Source of the DNA: Octopus vulgaris
Taxonomy: Eukaryota
Length of the DNA stretch: 64,000 bases
Direction of reading: 5' to 3'
Assembly (NCBI GenBank): GCA_951406725.2
Contig: OX597826.1
Location: 29,760,001 to 29,824,000, forward strand
In this document: positions 42,392-57,289 of the stretch, in pieces
Layout: each line of letters opens with the position of its first letter
Position numbering within the stretch: position 1 is the first letter of the stretch
Notes under the pieces: generated by a model
The model's database searches: none
What the model was told of the DNA's origin: nothing
What the model saw: the letters and a program-made list of their open reading frames with translations, nothing else
Made by a program: the position numbers and the translations under genes

Positions 42392-42482
42392 TTTTAGTAC
42401 AATCGTTTCATACAAGGACAGGTTTTATTAAAAGTTGCAAAAATTACAGCATATAAACGTGTCCCGTACTCATCAGCTAAAA
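42392..42482 (-). ncRNA. Type I hammerhead ribozyme motif with long stem II
   Basis: Reverse complement of the motif at 43546-43636. Confidence 0.8.
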
Positions 42483-43545
42483 TACATGTGAGTTCTCTAG
42501 ACATCCTAGTGGTTGAGGCTATACTCATGAAGTAATGTAGATAATTAAGTAACATAAACAGATTTCAAAAGTTCATTAAAGTTCTTTAAAGATGATGTAC
42601 AGTCTTATCACAGAATTTTAAAAAAGTCTTAATAGCATCACAGAGAAGGTGACCTAATCCATAGTGCACATATGAATTTCCAGAGATATGATGAGGGATT
42701 ACATACTCACAGAAGACAAATTTATCCATTGTTAATTACAACGAGGTGGGTTTCAATTCCTGCTTATTAGCATTACAGAGAGGGTGAATTAATCCTTTGT
42801 ATAGATGCACAATTTCCAATGGTGTAGATGTAAATTTCCAAGGAATTTCATATTCACAGGCGATAAATTTATCAATGGTTGAACACAATGAGGTAGGTAT
42901 CAATTCTTGCTATATGATTAGGTATTTGCCACATTAATCACATTACTGCTATTTACAAGAGGCTGTAGCTATTTAACTTTTAAAGGCTGAAGGGCTTACT
43001 AGAGCTGTATAGAATAGAAAAGGGAAGGGCATAGAAGAAAAGAGAGAAAATAAAGGAGGAGGGAGCAAAAAGGGGGGGGGACTCAAAGAGAAGAGAAAAG
43101 GAAAAAGAGAATAAGAAGAAGAAAAAGAAAAAAGAGAAAAGAGAAAGAAATAGGGAAGGAAGGGAAAAAAGAAAAAAAGAAAAAGAAGAAAGAAGAAAGA
43201 AAAAGAAAAAAAGAGGGTTCTAGTTATACAGAAGAATTAGTAGACGGCAAGTCTGGTTTTAATTTACAGGCATCTAGGAATTAGAGGAGAATATTATTCT
43301 TTGACCAGTTAAAACAGCTAATTTATTGCTGTTGAAATCAGCTATGAATTTAAAGAGAATCTAAAGAGATAACACAGTTAGGGGTTTAGGGGTCAGATGC
43401 TAAAATCACCAATTTTTTAAAATTCTGTGATAAGACTGTACATCATCTTTAAAGAACTTTTGAAATCTGTTTATGTTACTTAATTATCTACGTTACTTCA
43501 TGAGTATAGCCTCAACCACTAGGATGTCTAGAGAACTCACATGTA

Positions 43546-43636
43546 TTTTAGCTGATGAGTACGGGACACGTTTATATGCTGTAATTTTTGCAACTTTTAA
43601 TAAAACCTGTCCTTGTATGAAACGATTGTACTAAAA
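43546..43636 (+). ncRNA. Type I hammerhead ribozyme motif with long stem II
   Basis: ttttag-CTGATGA-gtacgggaca...tgtccttgtat-GAAAC-gatt-GTA-ctaaaa; 6-bp stem I. Confidence 0.8.
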
Positions 43637-43976
43637 ACCTATCCATTCTTGTTGCTTCATTCTCGCGTATATATATATATATATATATATAATGTTTGTA
43701 TATGTATATGTATATATATATATATAATGTTTGTATATGTATATGTATATATATATATATATAATGTTTGTATATGTATATATATATATATATATAATGT
43801 TTGTATATGTATATGTATATATATATATATAATGTTTGTATATGTATATGTATATATATATATATATAATGTTTGTATATGTATATATATATATATATAT
43901 AATGTTTGTATATGTATATATATATATATATATAATGTTTGTATATGTATATGTATATATATATATATAATGTTTG

Positions 43977-44007
<31 letters not shown>

Positions 44008-44253
44008 GTTTGTATATGTATATATATATATATATAATGTTTGTATATGTATATGTATATATATATATATATAATGTTTGTATATGTATATGTATATATA
44101 TATATATATAATGTTTGTATATGTATATATATATATATAATGTTTGTATATGTATATGTATATATATATATTTAATGTTTGTATATGTATATGTATATAT
44201 ATATATATAATGTTTGTATATGTATATGTATATATATATATATATAATGTTTG

Positions 44254-44284
<31 letters not shown>

Positions 44285-44296
44285 ATATAATGTTTG

Positions 44297-44334
<38 letters not shown>

Positions 44335-44339
44335 GTTTG

Positions 44340-44376
<37 letters not shown>

Positions 44377-44381
44377 GTTTG

Positions 44382-44413
<32 letters not shown>

Positions 44414-44474
44414 ATGTTTGTATATGTATATATATATAATGTTTGTATATGTATATATATATATATAATGTTTG

Positions 44475-44506
<32 letters not shown>

Positions 44507-44616
44507 ATGTTTGTATACGTATATATATATATATAATGTTTGTATATGTATATATATATATATATATATATAATGTTTGTATATGTATATGTATATATAT
44601 ATATATATAATGTTTG

Positions 44617-44647
<31 letters not shown>

Positions 44648-44653
44648 ATTATG

Positions 44654-44691
<38 letters not shown>

Positions 44692-44729
44692 GTTTGTATA
44701 TGTGTGTATATATATATATATATAATGTT

Positions 44730-44760
<31 letters not shown>

Positions 44761-44790
44761 GTTTGTATATGTGTATATATATATAATGTT

Positions 44791-44832
<42 letters not shown>

Positions 44833-44835
44833 GTT

Positions 44836-44870
<35 letters not shown>

Positions 44871-44873
44871 GTT

Positions 44874-44910
<37 letters not shown>

Positions 44911-44913
44911 GTT

Positions 44914-44961
<48 letters not shown>

Positions 44962-44964
44962 GTT

Positions 44965-45007
<43 letters not shown>

Positions 45008-45110
45008 TGTTTGTATATGTGTATATATATATATATATAATGTTTGTATATGTGTATATATATATATATATAATGTTTGTATATGTGTATATATATATAT
45101 ATATAATGTT

Positions 45111-45143
<33 letters not shown>

Positions 45144-45662
45144 GTATATAAAATGTTTGTATATGTGTATATATATATATATATACACATACGTACGTGT
45201 CTACCTACGTATATATACGTAGGTATATAAGTGTGTATATATATTTTGCATGTACACATTATATAAATACCTACACACAGATGATCAAGTATATACAGAC
45301 GTATATGCATGTATATACATACATATATATATTTCTCTCTCTTGAAATTCTATTCTGTAGCCTAGTTAATTATATTTTTGTCTGCTGTGATGACAGCGAG
45401 GCCTTCGCTATTGAAGCAGCGTTTTTAATTTGGTTATATATCATTATACAATTCAGTGTTACTTTGAAAAGAAAATTACGTTTATGCCGTGAATTAACGA
45501 CATATCGATTTTCACCAGTTCTTGACGGAATTGAAAATCAATATGAAGAATTCTTATTAGATACAATACCCCGATATCTATTGACAATTTCAATAGAGGG
45601 GTGTAGATGTGCGTGTGCGAGTGCAAGTGTGTGCGGAAGTGAGAGAAAGAGAGAGTCTGAAT

Positions 45663-45697
<35 letters not shown>

Positions 45698-45904
45698 AAA
45701 GAGAGAGAGAGACTGAAGGAGTATGTGTGTGAGAGAGAGAGAGAGACTGAAGGAGTATGTGTGAGAGAGAGAGAGAGAGTGAATGAATGTGAGAGGGAGA
45801 GACTGAGTGAGCGTGCGAGTGAGTGTGCGAGTAAGTGAGTGAGTGTATGTGTGAGTGTTTGTGAGAGTGAGTGAGTGTGCGTGAGTGCACGGTGTGTGCT
45901 TGAG

Positions 45905-46042
45905 CGGTGAGGAGTGAGTGAGGAGTGAGCGAGTGAAGAGTGAGCGAGTGAAGAGTGAGCGAGTGAAGAGTGAGCGAGTGAGGAGTGAGCGAGTGAGTAG
46001 TGAGGAATGAGCGAGTGAGGAATGAGCGAGTGAGGAATGAGT
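45905..46042. repeat. 15-bp minisatellite (GAGTGAGCGAGTGA[A/G])n
   Basis: Direct reading, ~8 copies. Confidence 0.85.
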
Positions 46043-46536
46043 ATGTGTGTGTACGCGCGTGTTATGTGATTGTTATGTGTGTATGTGGTGCGAGTGCATG
46101 GCTGCGTACATGTAAGTGCAGTGAGTGTGGATGTGTATGCAAGCGTGTGCGCGGGAGCGGGAGGGGTAGTGGTCTATAACACAGGAGAAGGACAAGGATG
46201 GCGGCGATGAGAAGTGCGATGAGATGGCAATGATGATGAATTTAGCAGTGATGGCGATGATGACAACGACGTTCAGTATGACCTTGGGTGATGATGATGA
46301 TGATAACGATGGTAATATGGACGACGAGAAATAAGAATATGACAATGATGATGGTTGTGATGACGACGGCAATGGTGAGATCGACAATGACAGCCCTTAC
46401 GACAAAACCGACGTGATGATATCGCCGACTGGAAGTAAATTAAATGACGATAAGAAAGAAAAGAAGAAAAAGGAGAAGAAACGCGTGTTCTTTTGAATGT
46501 ATAGCAAGAACGATGCTGTTAGGATCTTCAAAGTAA

Positions 46537-46579
<43 letters not shown>

Positions 46580-47619
46580 AATAGGTGTCTGTATTCTGTT
46601 TAATCACGTTTCATATCCGTTTGATCCGGATAAAGGTGACGTAGAAGCCAGCTCAAGTTTTATTGGATAATTCCATTTAAAATCGATTCACAAAAACGAG
46701 AGTAAGTGACGGAACGAGTTGTGCATTTGTGTATGTATTTTGTGCGTGTATGTGTGTGTGTGTGAGTGAGTGTATTTGTGCGCGTATTTGTATGCATGTT
46801 TTTTTATGTTTGCAATTGTGTGTGTGTGTTTGTGTATTCATATATGTCTATGTTTATATATGTTTGTATTTCTGCGCCTGTATATGGGAGTGCATTTGTG
46901 CCTCTATGTGTATATGTGTTTAAACTTATCTGTCCGTGCATGTGTGTATGTGTCAGTGCATTTGTGTGTGTGTGTGTGTGTGTGCCCGTGCATGGATATC
47001 GTCTCAACATGAGCGCATGCATTGGCGATCGGTTAAGTACTTCTCCTCAAAATTACGAGGTCTTTACTTGGTTTCCAATGCGCTAAGGAATAAAATTCCA
47101 TCGCCACCCAGACATTATAACAAGGAGGCACAATTCTTCTTTACCTTTTTTTTTCTTAACAAATACGTATACGATAATGAAACATGCGGATCTTCAAACA
47201 TTGAACTTTAAAATGTTTACGCAAAACATGAAACTCAGAGTAATCCCGTGTAATCCACAACAGAATGTGGTTCGGTACTCTGGAGTTTCCATGACAGACT
47301 GTCAACTACCGCTTCTGTACACAAAGCCAGTGAGAATTGTTTGAAAAAGTAGCTGAACGCCAAAGATATTTCATGATAACAGGTTTTTAGAAAATACTTT
47401 CTTCTTCCATTAAAAATTATGCATTATACCGAGCATCCTCTCAAAAATGTTTTCACACTTTCACAGTTGATAATCCAATTTCCATTTCTTTTTAGAGTTA
47501 ACAAGTTAAAAACAAAGGAATAAGATCTAGCTTTGAACAGAGGAAATTCATCATTAAGTGCTACTTGTACTTTGAAAACTATATCCTTTCAGTTCGTTAT
47601 ATATGTGTGTGTGTGTGTG

Positions 47620-47806
47620 CTTGTCCCCCCAGCATCGCTTCACATCTGATGCTGGTGTGTTTACGTCCCCGTAACTTAGCGGTTCGGCAAAAAGAGACCG
47701 ATAGAATAAGTACTAGGCTTACAAAGATTAAGTCCTGGGGTCGATTTGCTCGACTAAAAAAGGTGGTGCATGGCCACAGTCAAATGACTGAAACAAGTAA
47801 AAGAAT
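47620..47806 (+). mobile_element. SINE family A 3' half
   Basis: gctggtgtgtttacgtccccgtaacttagcggttcggcaaaagagaccgatagaataagtactaggc...atggccacagtcaaatgactgaaacaagtaaaaga. Confidence 0.88.
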
Positions 47807-47859
47807 ATATATAGGAGAGAAAGAGACAGTGAGAAGGATATGGATTATTATATCGACAC

Positions 47860-48965
47860 TCGAAAGGATAAAAGGTGAAGTTAATCGCGGCACGATTTGA
47901 ACTCAGAAAGTGATGAATCAGAACAATTGCCTCTAGACATTTTTTCCCGTCGTTCTGACGATCCTGCCGGCTCATCGTTTCGTAACCATCGCCAAAATAA
48001 TAAAGCAGAGCTTATTAGAATACGAAGAGAGAATTAAGAACTTATGAATTCTTAAAATATTTTTTGTGAACAGCCCATCAATAGAGGAAAACTGTAAGGA
48101 ATTATTACAGACCAGAGATCACCGGGTTATCTTTGGCGGAAGTACCAGGAGCAGCGGTGGCGTCAGAGGATGTGGCAACGGTTGATGTAGTAGCGAGTGA
48201 GTGAACTACGGCGCTCTTCTGTAATTTGAAAGTAAGGGAGGGATTAGTCGATGCTACCAGTGACTTTGCTGGTGCTTTATTTTATCGAACGTGGGAGGAT
48301 GAAGCGCAAAGTTGATCTCAGCAGGGTTTGAACTTAGAACGTAAATAACCGAAACCAATAGCGCACAGCATTTATTCCAGCTCTAACGATTCTGCCAATC
48401 AACCGCCTTTTAAAATGGTTCCTAATATAGGTACAAAAATAACAGTTTTGTGTGTGTGGGATGGGACTTTGAGGTTATCTTTACCCCTTTTGCTTGATTT
48501 GTACTTTATTTTACCTAACCCCGAAGGACGAAAGGCAAAGTTGATCAAGACAGGAGCTCAAGTATAACTGTAAAGAGTCAGAACGAAAGGTGTAAAGCAA
48601 TTCTTTTGACGCTCAAGGGTTTTTCCAGTTCAACTCTTTCAAAATATTGTTCCTCGTTTTGGCTAAGGATCAGAAGTTTTGAGAACAAAGATGTTGTCAA
48701 TATCTCTCTACCTCTCTTTATATATTTAAGTAGTTTCATCGTGATTCTATTATTTTTTTACATAGATTTTGATGCCAGTTGTTCGCAGTCCTTTTGAATA
48801 TTAAATAAAAGAAGAAAAAAAACGAACTAGAGATTAAATAATCATTTTTTTACTGCTATAGGTACAAGGATCGAAATTTTGGTGGAGATGGTAGTCGATT
48901 AGATCGACCCCAGTTTTCGAATGGAATTATTTCATCAACCCTGAAAGGCAGTCGACTTCGGCAGA
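47860..48965 (-). mobile_element. Cluster of degenerate SINE family B copies (~47860-47975, 48215-48410, 48420-48610, 48855-48965)
   Basis: Recurring gaaaggatgaaaggcaaagt.gac...tttgaactcagaa and gattctgcc motifs. Confidence 0.65.
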
Positions 48966-49883
48966 TTTATGTACTAAATTCAAATTTAGGTACCAAAAAA
49001 AAAAAAAAAAAAGAAATCAACATACAAAATAGTAAATTTTAAAATTAGAAAATAAAAGAAATTAGAGATCTATTCCTTACCTTGTTATTATCAATTATGC
49101 TGTATCTAAAGAATATTAAAAATATCGCAGATGTTTTGACGCAGACACATCAATGTAGGTTTCCGAAAGCATTATAATTAAATCTTTTTAGAAATCCTCA
49201 ACGTACTTATTTACCCCATAACAGTGTACTTGTCCTGTCTCCCGTTGCTCCATTTAGCAATCATTAGTTTATGCTTTTTCTACTGTACTTCTCTGAAGTT
49301 CCATGAAAAAAGACCAGCAGTCATAATGAATCTCTTTGAAGATCTCATTATTAATTAATATGTTTTGTTATGAGCGTCTTCATTTGTGGAAACAGTTTTT
49401 GGTATATTAGTATCGAAAGAATTCTGTTATTAACAAACTTCTGTGCCGTAGTTATTTCTAAAGACGACATTCTACTTTTTTTTCTTTTGACCAATCAGAA
49501 ATGTTCCCAGTATCATTTATTATCATATTTAAAATTTGCCTAACGGTTTCAAATTCTGGGTTTATCGGTTTTCTCCTTTCCGCTTTTAAAATCTATTATT
49601 TGGTGCCACAAAACATCGGCAAAAAATGCTTTGCGATAATTCTTTTGGTTCTTAAGATTATGAGATCAAATTCTGTATTTTCCAGTTTCGTCTTCCCTCT
49701 TTTAAAATCTATTATTGGTGCCCACAAAGGATCGAAAAAAAAGTGCTTTGCAATAATTCTTTTGCGTTCTTTAGATTCTGAGATCAAATCCTGAGGTCGA
49801 TAAAATAAAATACCAGTCAACTACTGGTGTCGATAATATCGATATTAGTACTTGCCGCTCTTCAAAATTTGCTGGGGGCGCAT

Positions 49884-50238
49884 CATTACCTCCGCGAAGA
49901 CGGAGGTATTGTTTTCAGTCGTGTTTGATTGTTTGTTTGTCCGTGGACAAGATATCTCAAGAACCGCTGGATGGATTCGAATGAAACTTTCAGGGATGTT
50001 TGGCATGAACTGATTAGATTTTGGAATAGATCCAGTACCGGACAAGGATTCTGGATTATTTCTTCCTGTATTTTTACTTAATTTTTGAGAGCTGTCGGGT
50101 TCATTTTTAGTATTCTCGTTTGTGAGAGCAGTCGCGTTTATTTCAAGGATTCTCATTTTAAAAGCCATCTCTGGCTAATCGTTGAGAGGACGTTGGTGTT
50201 GCCTTGGCAGTGGTTTGCGCCCTCTGAGTGCTCTTGTT
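49884..50238 (+). mobile_element. Non-autonomous Helentron/DINE-1-like element
   Basis: 5' ttacctccgcgaagacggaggtattgttttcagtcgtgtttg..tttgtttgtccgt, core atctcaagaaccgctggatggattcgaatgaaacttt, 3' ggcagtggtttgcgccctctgagtgctcttgtt stem-loop. Confidence 0.75.
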
Positions 50239-50774
50239 ATTAGTATCGATGGTTGGAAAGGGGGTCTCGTTGTTTAGTTTCTTGGTCTGCAATTCAAGAA
50301 TATTTCTGTGATCATGTTTTGCGGTTTTAACTTGAATTTTTTAAAATTCTTTAAGTTTGGTAATAATCTGTTCTGTTTCTCTATTTGTTATCAATTAAGT
50401 TCATAGTATTCTTTTAATTTTTAAATTATTATTTCGTATGAATTGTATTGCCTCATTGGGAGGTCGAGGTAGTCCCTTCTTGCAGCTTAACTTGGCCCTC
50501 CATTTCTTCAGTCCTTTAGTGTTTTCAGCGGAATATCTGCGTTGCTGATAACATTCGGGTCAGATCTTCGGTTCAAACACTAACTTCTCTTTTCTTTTAC
50601 CAATCTTCGAGGCACTACCAAAAACTCAGGTAATTTTTCTCGTTCTTTGATTAACTCCACTGCCAAAACAAAAAAGTAAAGAAAAAAAATCACATCCAGC
50701 TTCGGATATTTTGGCCTTTCTCTCATTTCCTGCGTTCTTTGTTTTTTTTATCATTCATATCTTTTCTCCTGTCT

Positions 50775-51315
50775 TCATGTTCTGAGTTCAAATGCCACCA
50801 AGGCGGACTTTGCATTTCATCCTTTCGAGATCGATAAAATAAGTACCAGTCAGGCACTGGGGTCGATGTAATCAAGTAAACCTCACCCTCCCAAATTGCT
50901 GGCCTTGTACTAAAATTTGAAACCATTGTTCATATCTTTATAGATGGTGAGCTGGTAGAATCGTTAGCACACCAGACAATAATGCCGAGCGGCATTTCTT
51001 CCGGCTTTACGTTCTGAGTTCAAATTCCACCGAGGTCGACTTAGCTTAGGGTTAATAAAATGAAAATTGGGGTCAATATAAACGACTAGTTCCCTTCCCC
51101 CGATTACAGGCACCAGAACAGCGAACTTCATTAAATACCTTGTGGTATTTTTCCAATCCTTTTCATTCTGAGTTCAAATCCAGTCGAGATCAACTTTAAT
51201 ATTATTTTTCCACTTTCCTGACTTTGATAAAATAAAGCACAGGTCTGCTACTGGGGTCAATATCATCAACTAAACCTTTCCCTTTCAACTTGCTTTGTTC
51301 CTAAATTAGAAACCC
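50775..51315 (+). mobile_element. Three tandem SINE family B copies
   Basis: ttctgagttcaaat...gactttgc...gataaaataagtaccag...ctggggtc(g/a)at repeated three times. Confidence 0.75.
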
Positions 51316-53084
51316 ATTTTCTTGTTCTTTATTTTTCACCCGCTCCATCTTATGACCATGCTGGTTTTATATTTCAACGAAATCTTGATACATCTTGTCT
51401 GATTTGTTTAAAATATTCCCTTATTTTCCACAGAGCCTGGCTATACCTTTTATTATCCACAGTTTTATCCTGATACCTTCTTACACATCACATTAATTAT
51501 CATGTTTAATTGTTTAGCCTCAGATCAGCCTCGATTAATCCGACTTGTTTATAAGGTATTCTAGCAACGAGGTCATGTGTCTTTGTATATATAACATTAC
51601 GTTATCATAAATATTCTTCCTTTCATAAAGAGAAGATAGGGATGACTTGAGAGAGATTTGGTTGCTATATCTAGCAAACTGAACGAACTCTTACTGGCTC
51701 CTTCTGTGATTATAATGCTGTCACTCATTTTTACTTTTAACATGTGTATTAATGTATTTGGCTTGTCCTGTGTATGGCTTTAAACTGGACATGTCAGTAG
51801 GGCCCTGCTTCGGGAAATCCAGGGTTTTGAGGAGCGTGGAATCATCTCTTAGCCACTATTGTTCCTAAGTCTATTCTGATCCAGAAGATTACTTATAGTC
51901 ACACCAGCGGACCCTGGATAGATGAGACTGTTCAGTTTTTTAGCTGCTCATCTAAAAGAAGGCAACTCTATACAAATCCTGTAACTACAGGGCTCGTGGC
52001 AATTGTTGTACCTGGCCAATACCAGTTCGAAGTTACGAGAGCGTGGGACTGGCCATTATAACAATACTCATCATGCTGGTTGTTCAGAAAAACACAAAAA
52101 CAAAAAAAAAACAAAAAACAAGACACCGGTATTAACACCATCACATTTTCTTTAGAACTCCAGTGAGATGGGAAAAGCAGCGACAGAGACAGGTAGAGGA
52201 TGCTACGGTAACCTATGCAACCAGATCTTCAAAATCCTGGAAAGGTCTGGATTTCCATGTCACGACTAAGCGTCGAATTAACAACATTACAAAGCTATGT
52301 GTAACTGAATGTTTATTTGCTGAAGCGAGTAGATAGTCACGAATGAATATGGAAGACGAAGGTGAAGTGTCTAGAGATAAGCTTTCGTTTATTGGAATCG
52401 GTGTAAATTTACTAGTTGTTGTATCGATTACTTTACTGAATGTTGCAGATATCTTATTACTAATCAGTTATTTCAAAGTTTCAACGATATTTCATCTTAA
52501 ATATCTAAGATCATTCTCTGATATTCCCAGCCTGATATTCGAGTTATTTTCTCAAACCTTAAACTTCACGACCCGAAGCTACAATTTATAATACAGCTTG
52601 CTGCAACAAAATTATTGAGTTATATTGAAATCCCTCATGGCTCTATTGCGTTCACTACTCGCTGTCTGTCATATTTTGCATTGTATTTATCATTTGCTGT
52701 GTCATAATATTATATCGTTGGCAAATAAACAAACAACTAGAATGTCTTAAATTACACTTGTAAGTAACATGGAAACAATACCAAAATAAAGCGTTTAACA
52801 ATGTGTAAGGTATAGAGTTAACGTTATTAAAGGGCGGCGTTTGTCAATGAATGCCTCATAGCTGTTGTTTAACACAGAGTTTGCCCTGATCAAGTCAGAC
52901 AAATGATGAAAGGCATCCAAGCTGTAGAATGTCTTTCATCTTTATATTTCAGGCATTGTGTATCTTGGAGTATGTTATTCAATGTATCCTACTTAAGACG
53001 CTAGATTGTGCTTTGATTCGGAAAAATTTAATTGTTATTTCAACAAGCTCATGTAACTACAAAGAGATTACCTAATATCTATCC

Positions 53085-54354
<1,270 letters not shown>

Positions 54355-54390
54355 TATCTATCTATCTATCTATTTGTGTATATATATATG

Positions 54391-54455
<65 letters not shown>

Positions 54456-54470
54456 GTGTATATATATATG

Positions 54471-54567
<97 letters not shown>

Positions 54568-54654
54568 GTGTATGTATGCATGTATGTATAAGTGTGTATT
54601 CACATGCACCCATATAAATGCGTTGTTATTAAATATTAGATACGGGCAGCAAGC

Positions 54655-55336
54655 TGGCTTTTCATCTCTTTGGGATCGATAAATTAAGTACCAGTATTTC
54701 ACTGGGGGCGATGTAATCTACTAGTCCACCACCACAAAATTTCAGGCCTTGTGCCTTTAGTAAAAAGGATTATTAAATATTAGGTTAAGGCGGCGTGCTG
54801 GTAGAATCGTTCGCACACCTGGCAACATGCTTAGCGGCATTTCTTTCGTCTTTACGTTCCTCCATCTTTACTTTTCTGCCGTGGTCGACTTTGCTCTTTC
54901 CTCCATTTCGGGGGTTGATAAAATAAGTAACAGTCGAGAACTGGGGTCGATGTACTCGACCACTCCTCGACTCCAAAATTTCAGGCCCTGTGCCTATAGT
55001 TGAAGGGATTATCATAAATTAAGTTGTAGGGGTAATGGCTTAGCGGAGTCATCAGAGCTTCGGAAGAAATACCGCAACACTTCGCGGTTTTTCTGCATCC
55101 TCTTTATGTTCTGAATTCAAATCCTACTGAGGTTAACTTTACAAGACCAGCAATTTCGGGGCAGGGGTTAAGTCAATTACATCAACCCCAGTGCTCAGCT
55201 GGTGTTTATTTAATCGATTCTAAAAAGATGAAACGCAAAATCGACTTTGGTGGAATTTGAACTCAGAATGTAAAAACGGACGAAAGGTCGCTAAGCATTT
55301 TGTCCGACTTGCAAACGATTCTGACAGCATGCCGCC

Positions 55337-55338
<2 letters not shown>
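54655..55338. mobile_element. Cluster of SINE family B copies (54655-54775 +, 54787-55012 +, 55030-55140 +, 55143-55338 -)
   Basis: ggcggcgtgctggtagaatcgttcgcac...gtcgactttgc...gataaaataagt...ctggggtcgatgta. Confidence 0.75.
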
Positions 55339-55379
<41 letters not shown>

Positions 55380-55456
55380 ACACACACATAACGAATTAAA
55401 GGCAACCTTAATAATGTAAACATTATCAGTAGCACATATATATATATACATATAGG

Positions 55457-55923
55457 GTATGAGTCTGGTTTATACGCTAAATTTGCTGCGGGATATCATC
55501 CGGGGAAAGCTCCCGAAACGACGTCACAGACCAGGCGAGGCAACTCGCTACGGAATAACTGAGAATGGTAGATATTGATATATCGCTATTATCGAAGACT
55601 TATCACTATCATGTACTGGGATCATCTCGAAACGAGGTGAATCACTGGTCTGTGATTTATATGCTAATAGAATGAAAACTATTTTCTGATGAGCTGCGGC
55701 GTAGCACATGTGAGAGAAAAGCAAGTTACGAATTAAAACTAGCTCTAGTAATGTAAACCTTATCGGTCACATACGCGCAATGCACGCGTATTCTTTATAC
55801 GCCAAATAAGCAGCGGGATAACATCCGGGGAAAGTTCCTCAAACGACGCCGAGTGTTGATGCTATCACGCAGTAAAATTTGGCGTAGAAGCCAAACAGAT
55901 ACTGTATGCATGTGCGACCGATA
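55457..55923. repeat. Nested inverted/direct-repeat element (probable non-autonomous transposon)
   Basis: 55457-55500 inverted at 55858-55902; 55469-55525 directly repeated at 55794-55850; several internal hairpins. Confidence 0.6.
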
Positions 55924-55937
55924 GAAAATATGTATTA

Positions 55938-56170
55938 AGGCGGCGAGCTGGCAGAAACGTTAGCACGCCGGGCGAAATGCGTAGCCGTATTTCGTCTGCC
56001 GTTACGTTCTGAGTTCAAATTTCGCCGAGGTCGACTTTGCCTTTCATCCCTTCAGGGTCGATAAATTAAGTATCAGTTACACACTGGGGTCGATATAATC
56101 GACTTAATCCGTTTGTCTGTCCTTGTTTGTCCCTTCTGTGTTTAGCCCTTCGTGGGCAAGAAAGAAATGA
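55938..56170 (+). mobile_element. Young SINE family B copy
   Basis: aggcggcgagctggcagaaacgttagcacgccgggcgaaatgc...gttctgagttcaaatttcgccgaggtcgactttgcctttcatcc...tttagcccttcgtgggcaagaaagaaat. Confidence 0.9.
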
Positions 56171-56351
56171 GAAACAAATATACATAGTAATTTTGAAAGG
56201 AGTGATGTAGTGGATTCTATCGTCCCTAGAACTTATTGGGTGGTAATCTATATGAGTAGAAAACCTGATCATGGCGGGATTTGAACATAGAATGCAAAGA
56301 AATGGCAGAAATACCACACTAAAGTTTTTCAACGAGTGAACAATTCTGTCC

Positions 56352-56396
<45 letters not shown>

Positions 56397-56442
56397 ATTT
56401 ATATATGCATATACATGTATACACACACAAACACACACACAC

Positions 56443-56475
<33 letters not shown>

Positions 56476-57289
56476 TAGATAGATATAGATATAAAAATGT
56501 ATAGATATACGTGTCATTTCCTATTATTCCTCTTATAATCTTTTATGAAAATTAATAAAACACTGATTAAATATCGATATTTATAAAAATATTTTATATA
56601 GTTTAACTATTTGTAATATTTCTTATAATTACTTGAATTGCTTTTTGTTGAAAATATAATGCATATAATATAGAATTACATGGAATATCGTTTCTAATTC
56701 AAAGCTACTTAAACTCTGTTTCTTTACAATTTACAATATATTGAAGTGGAGCTCTTCCAGCCTTCCGCTCTACTACCCACCTTCTCACTTCCTTACCTCC
56801 TCCCGATCCCCTCGTTTCCTCGTCGCGTTAAACAAATTTCCGCAAGTAAATAAAATGTCGTCGCTGGAATAAATAATAAACGCATAATAAATGTGTTTGT
56901 TTGTGTGTGTGTGTGCGTGCGCGCGTGCGCATGCGTGTGCATGTGTGTGTCGAGTGTACACATACACACACACATTTACAGGCATATATATACTTATGAA
57001 TACATATGCGCATATATATATATATGTACATGTCTATGTATGTCTACAAATATATATGTATATATATATATATATGCATACATACACACACACATATATA
57101 CATATATATAATATATATATGTATGTATATGCACACATGGATGTATTTTTGTATCTATCTAATACGCGTATATACACACACATATAAACATGCATGTATT
57201 TCTCAATTTTTAACTAACTGTCCACCTATGTATGTATGCGCGTATGTATATGTATGTATGTATCTATATGTCTGTTTATCTATCTACAT

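Larger units (their letters stand above)
42246..43667 (-). mobile_element. Non-coding PLE 3' remnant with ~250-bp inverted ends, each carrying a hammerhead
   Basis: 42362-42622 is inverted at ~43412-43665; ~140-bp internal tandem duplication at 42630-42910; possible decayed GIY-YIG C-terminus (..CKLKPDL) at ~43245-43380. Confidence 0.75.

Noticed and set aside
40293-45185. Repeat-spacer appearance resembling a CRISPR array
   Set aside because: The spacers are only (TA)n of variable length, there are no cas genes, and the context is eukaryotic.
49570-49800. ~117-bp direct duplication
   Set aside because: Appears to be duplicated, degenerate SINE B heads rather than a separate element.
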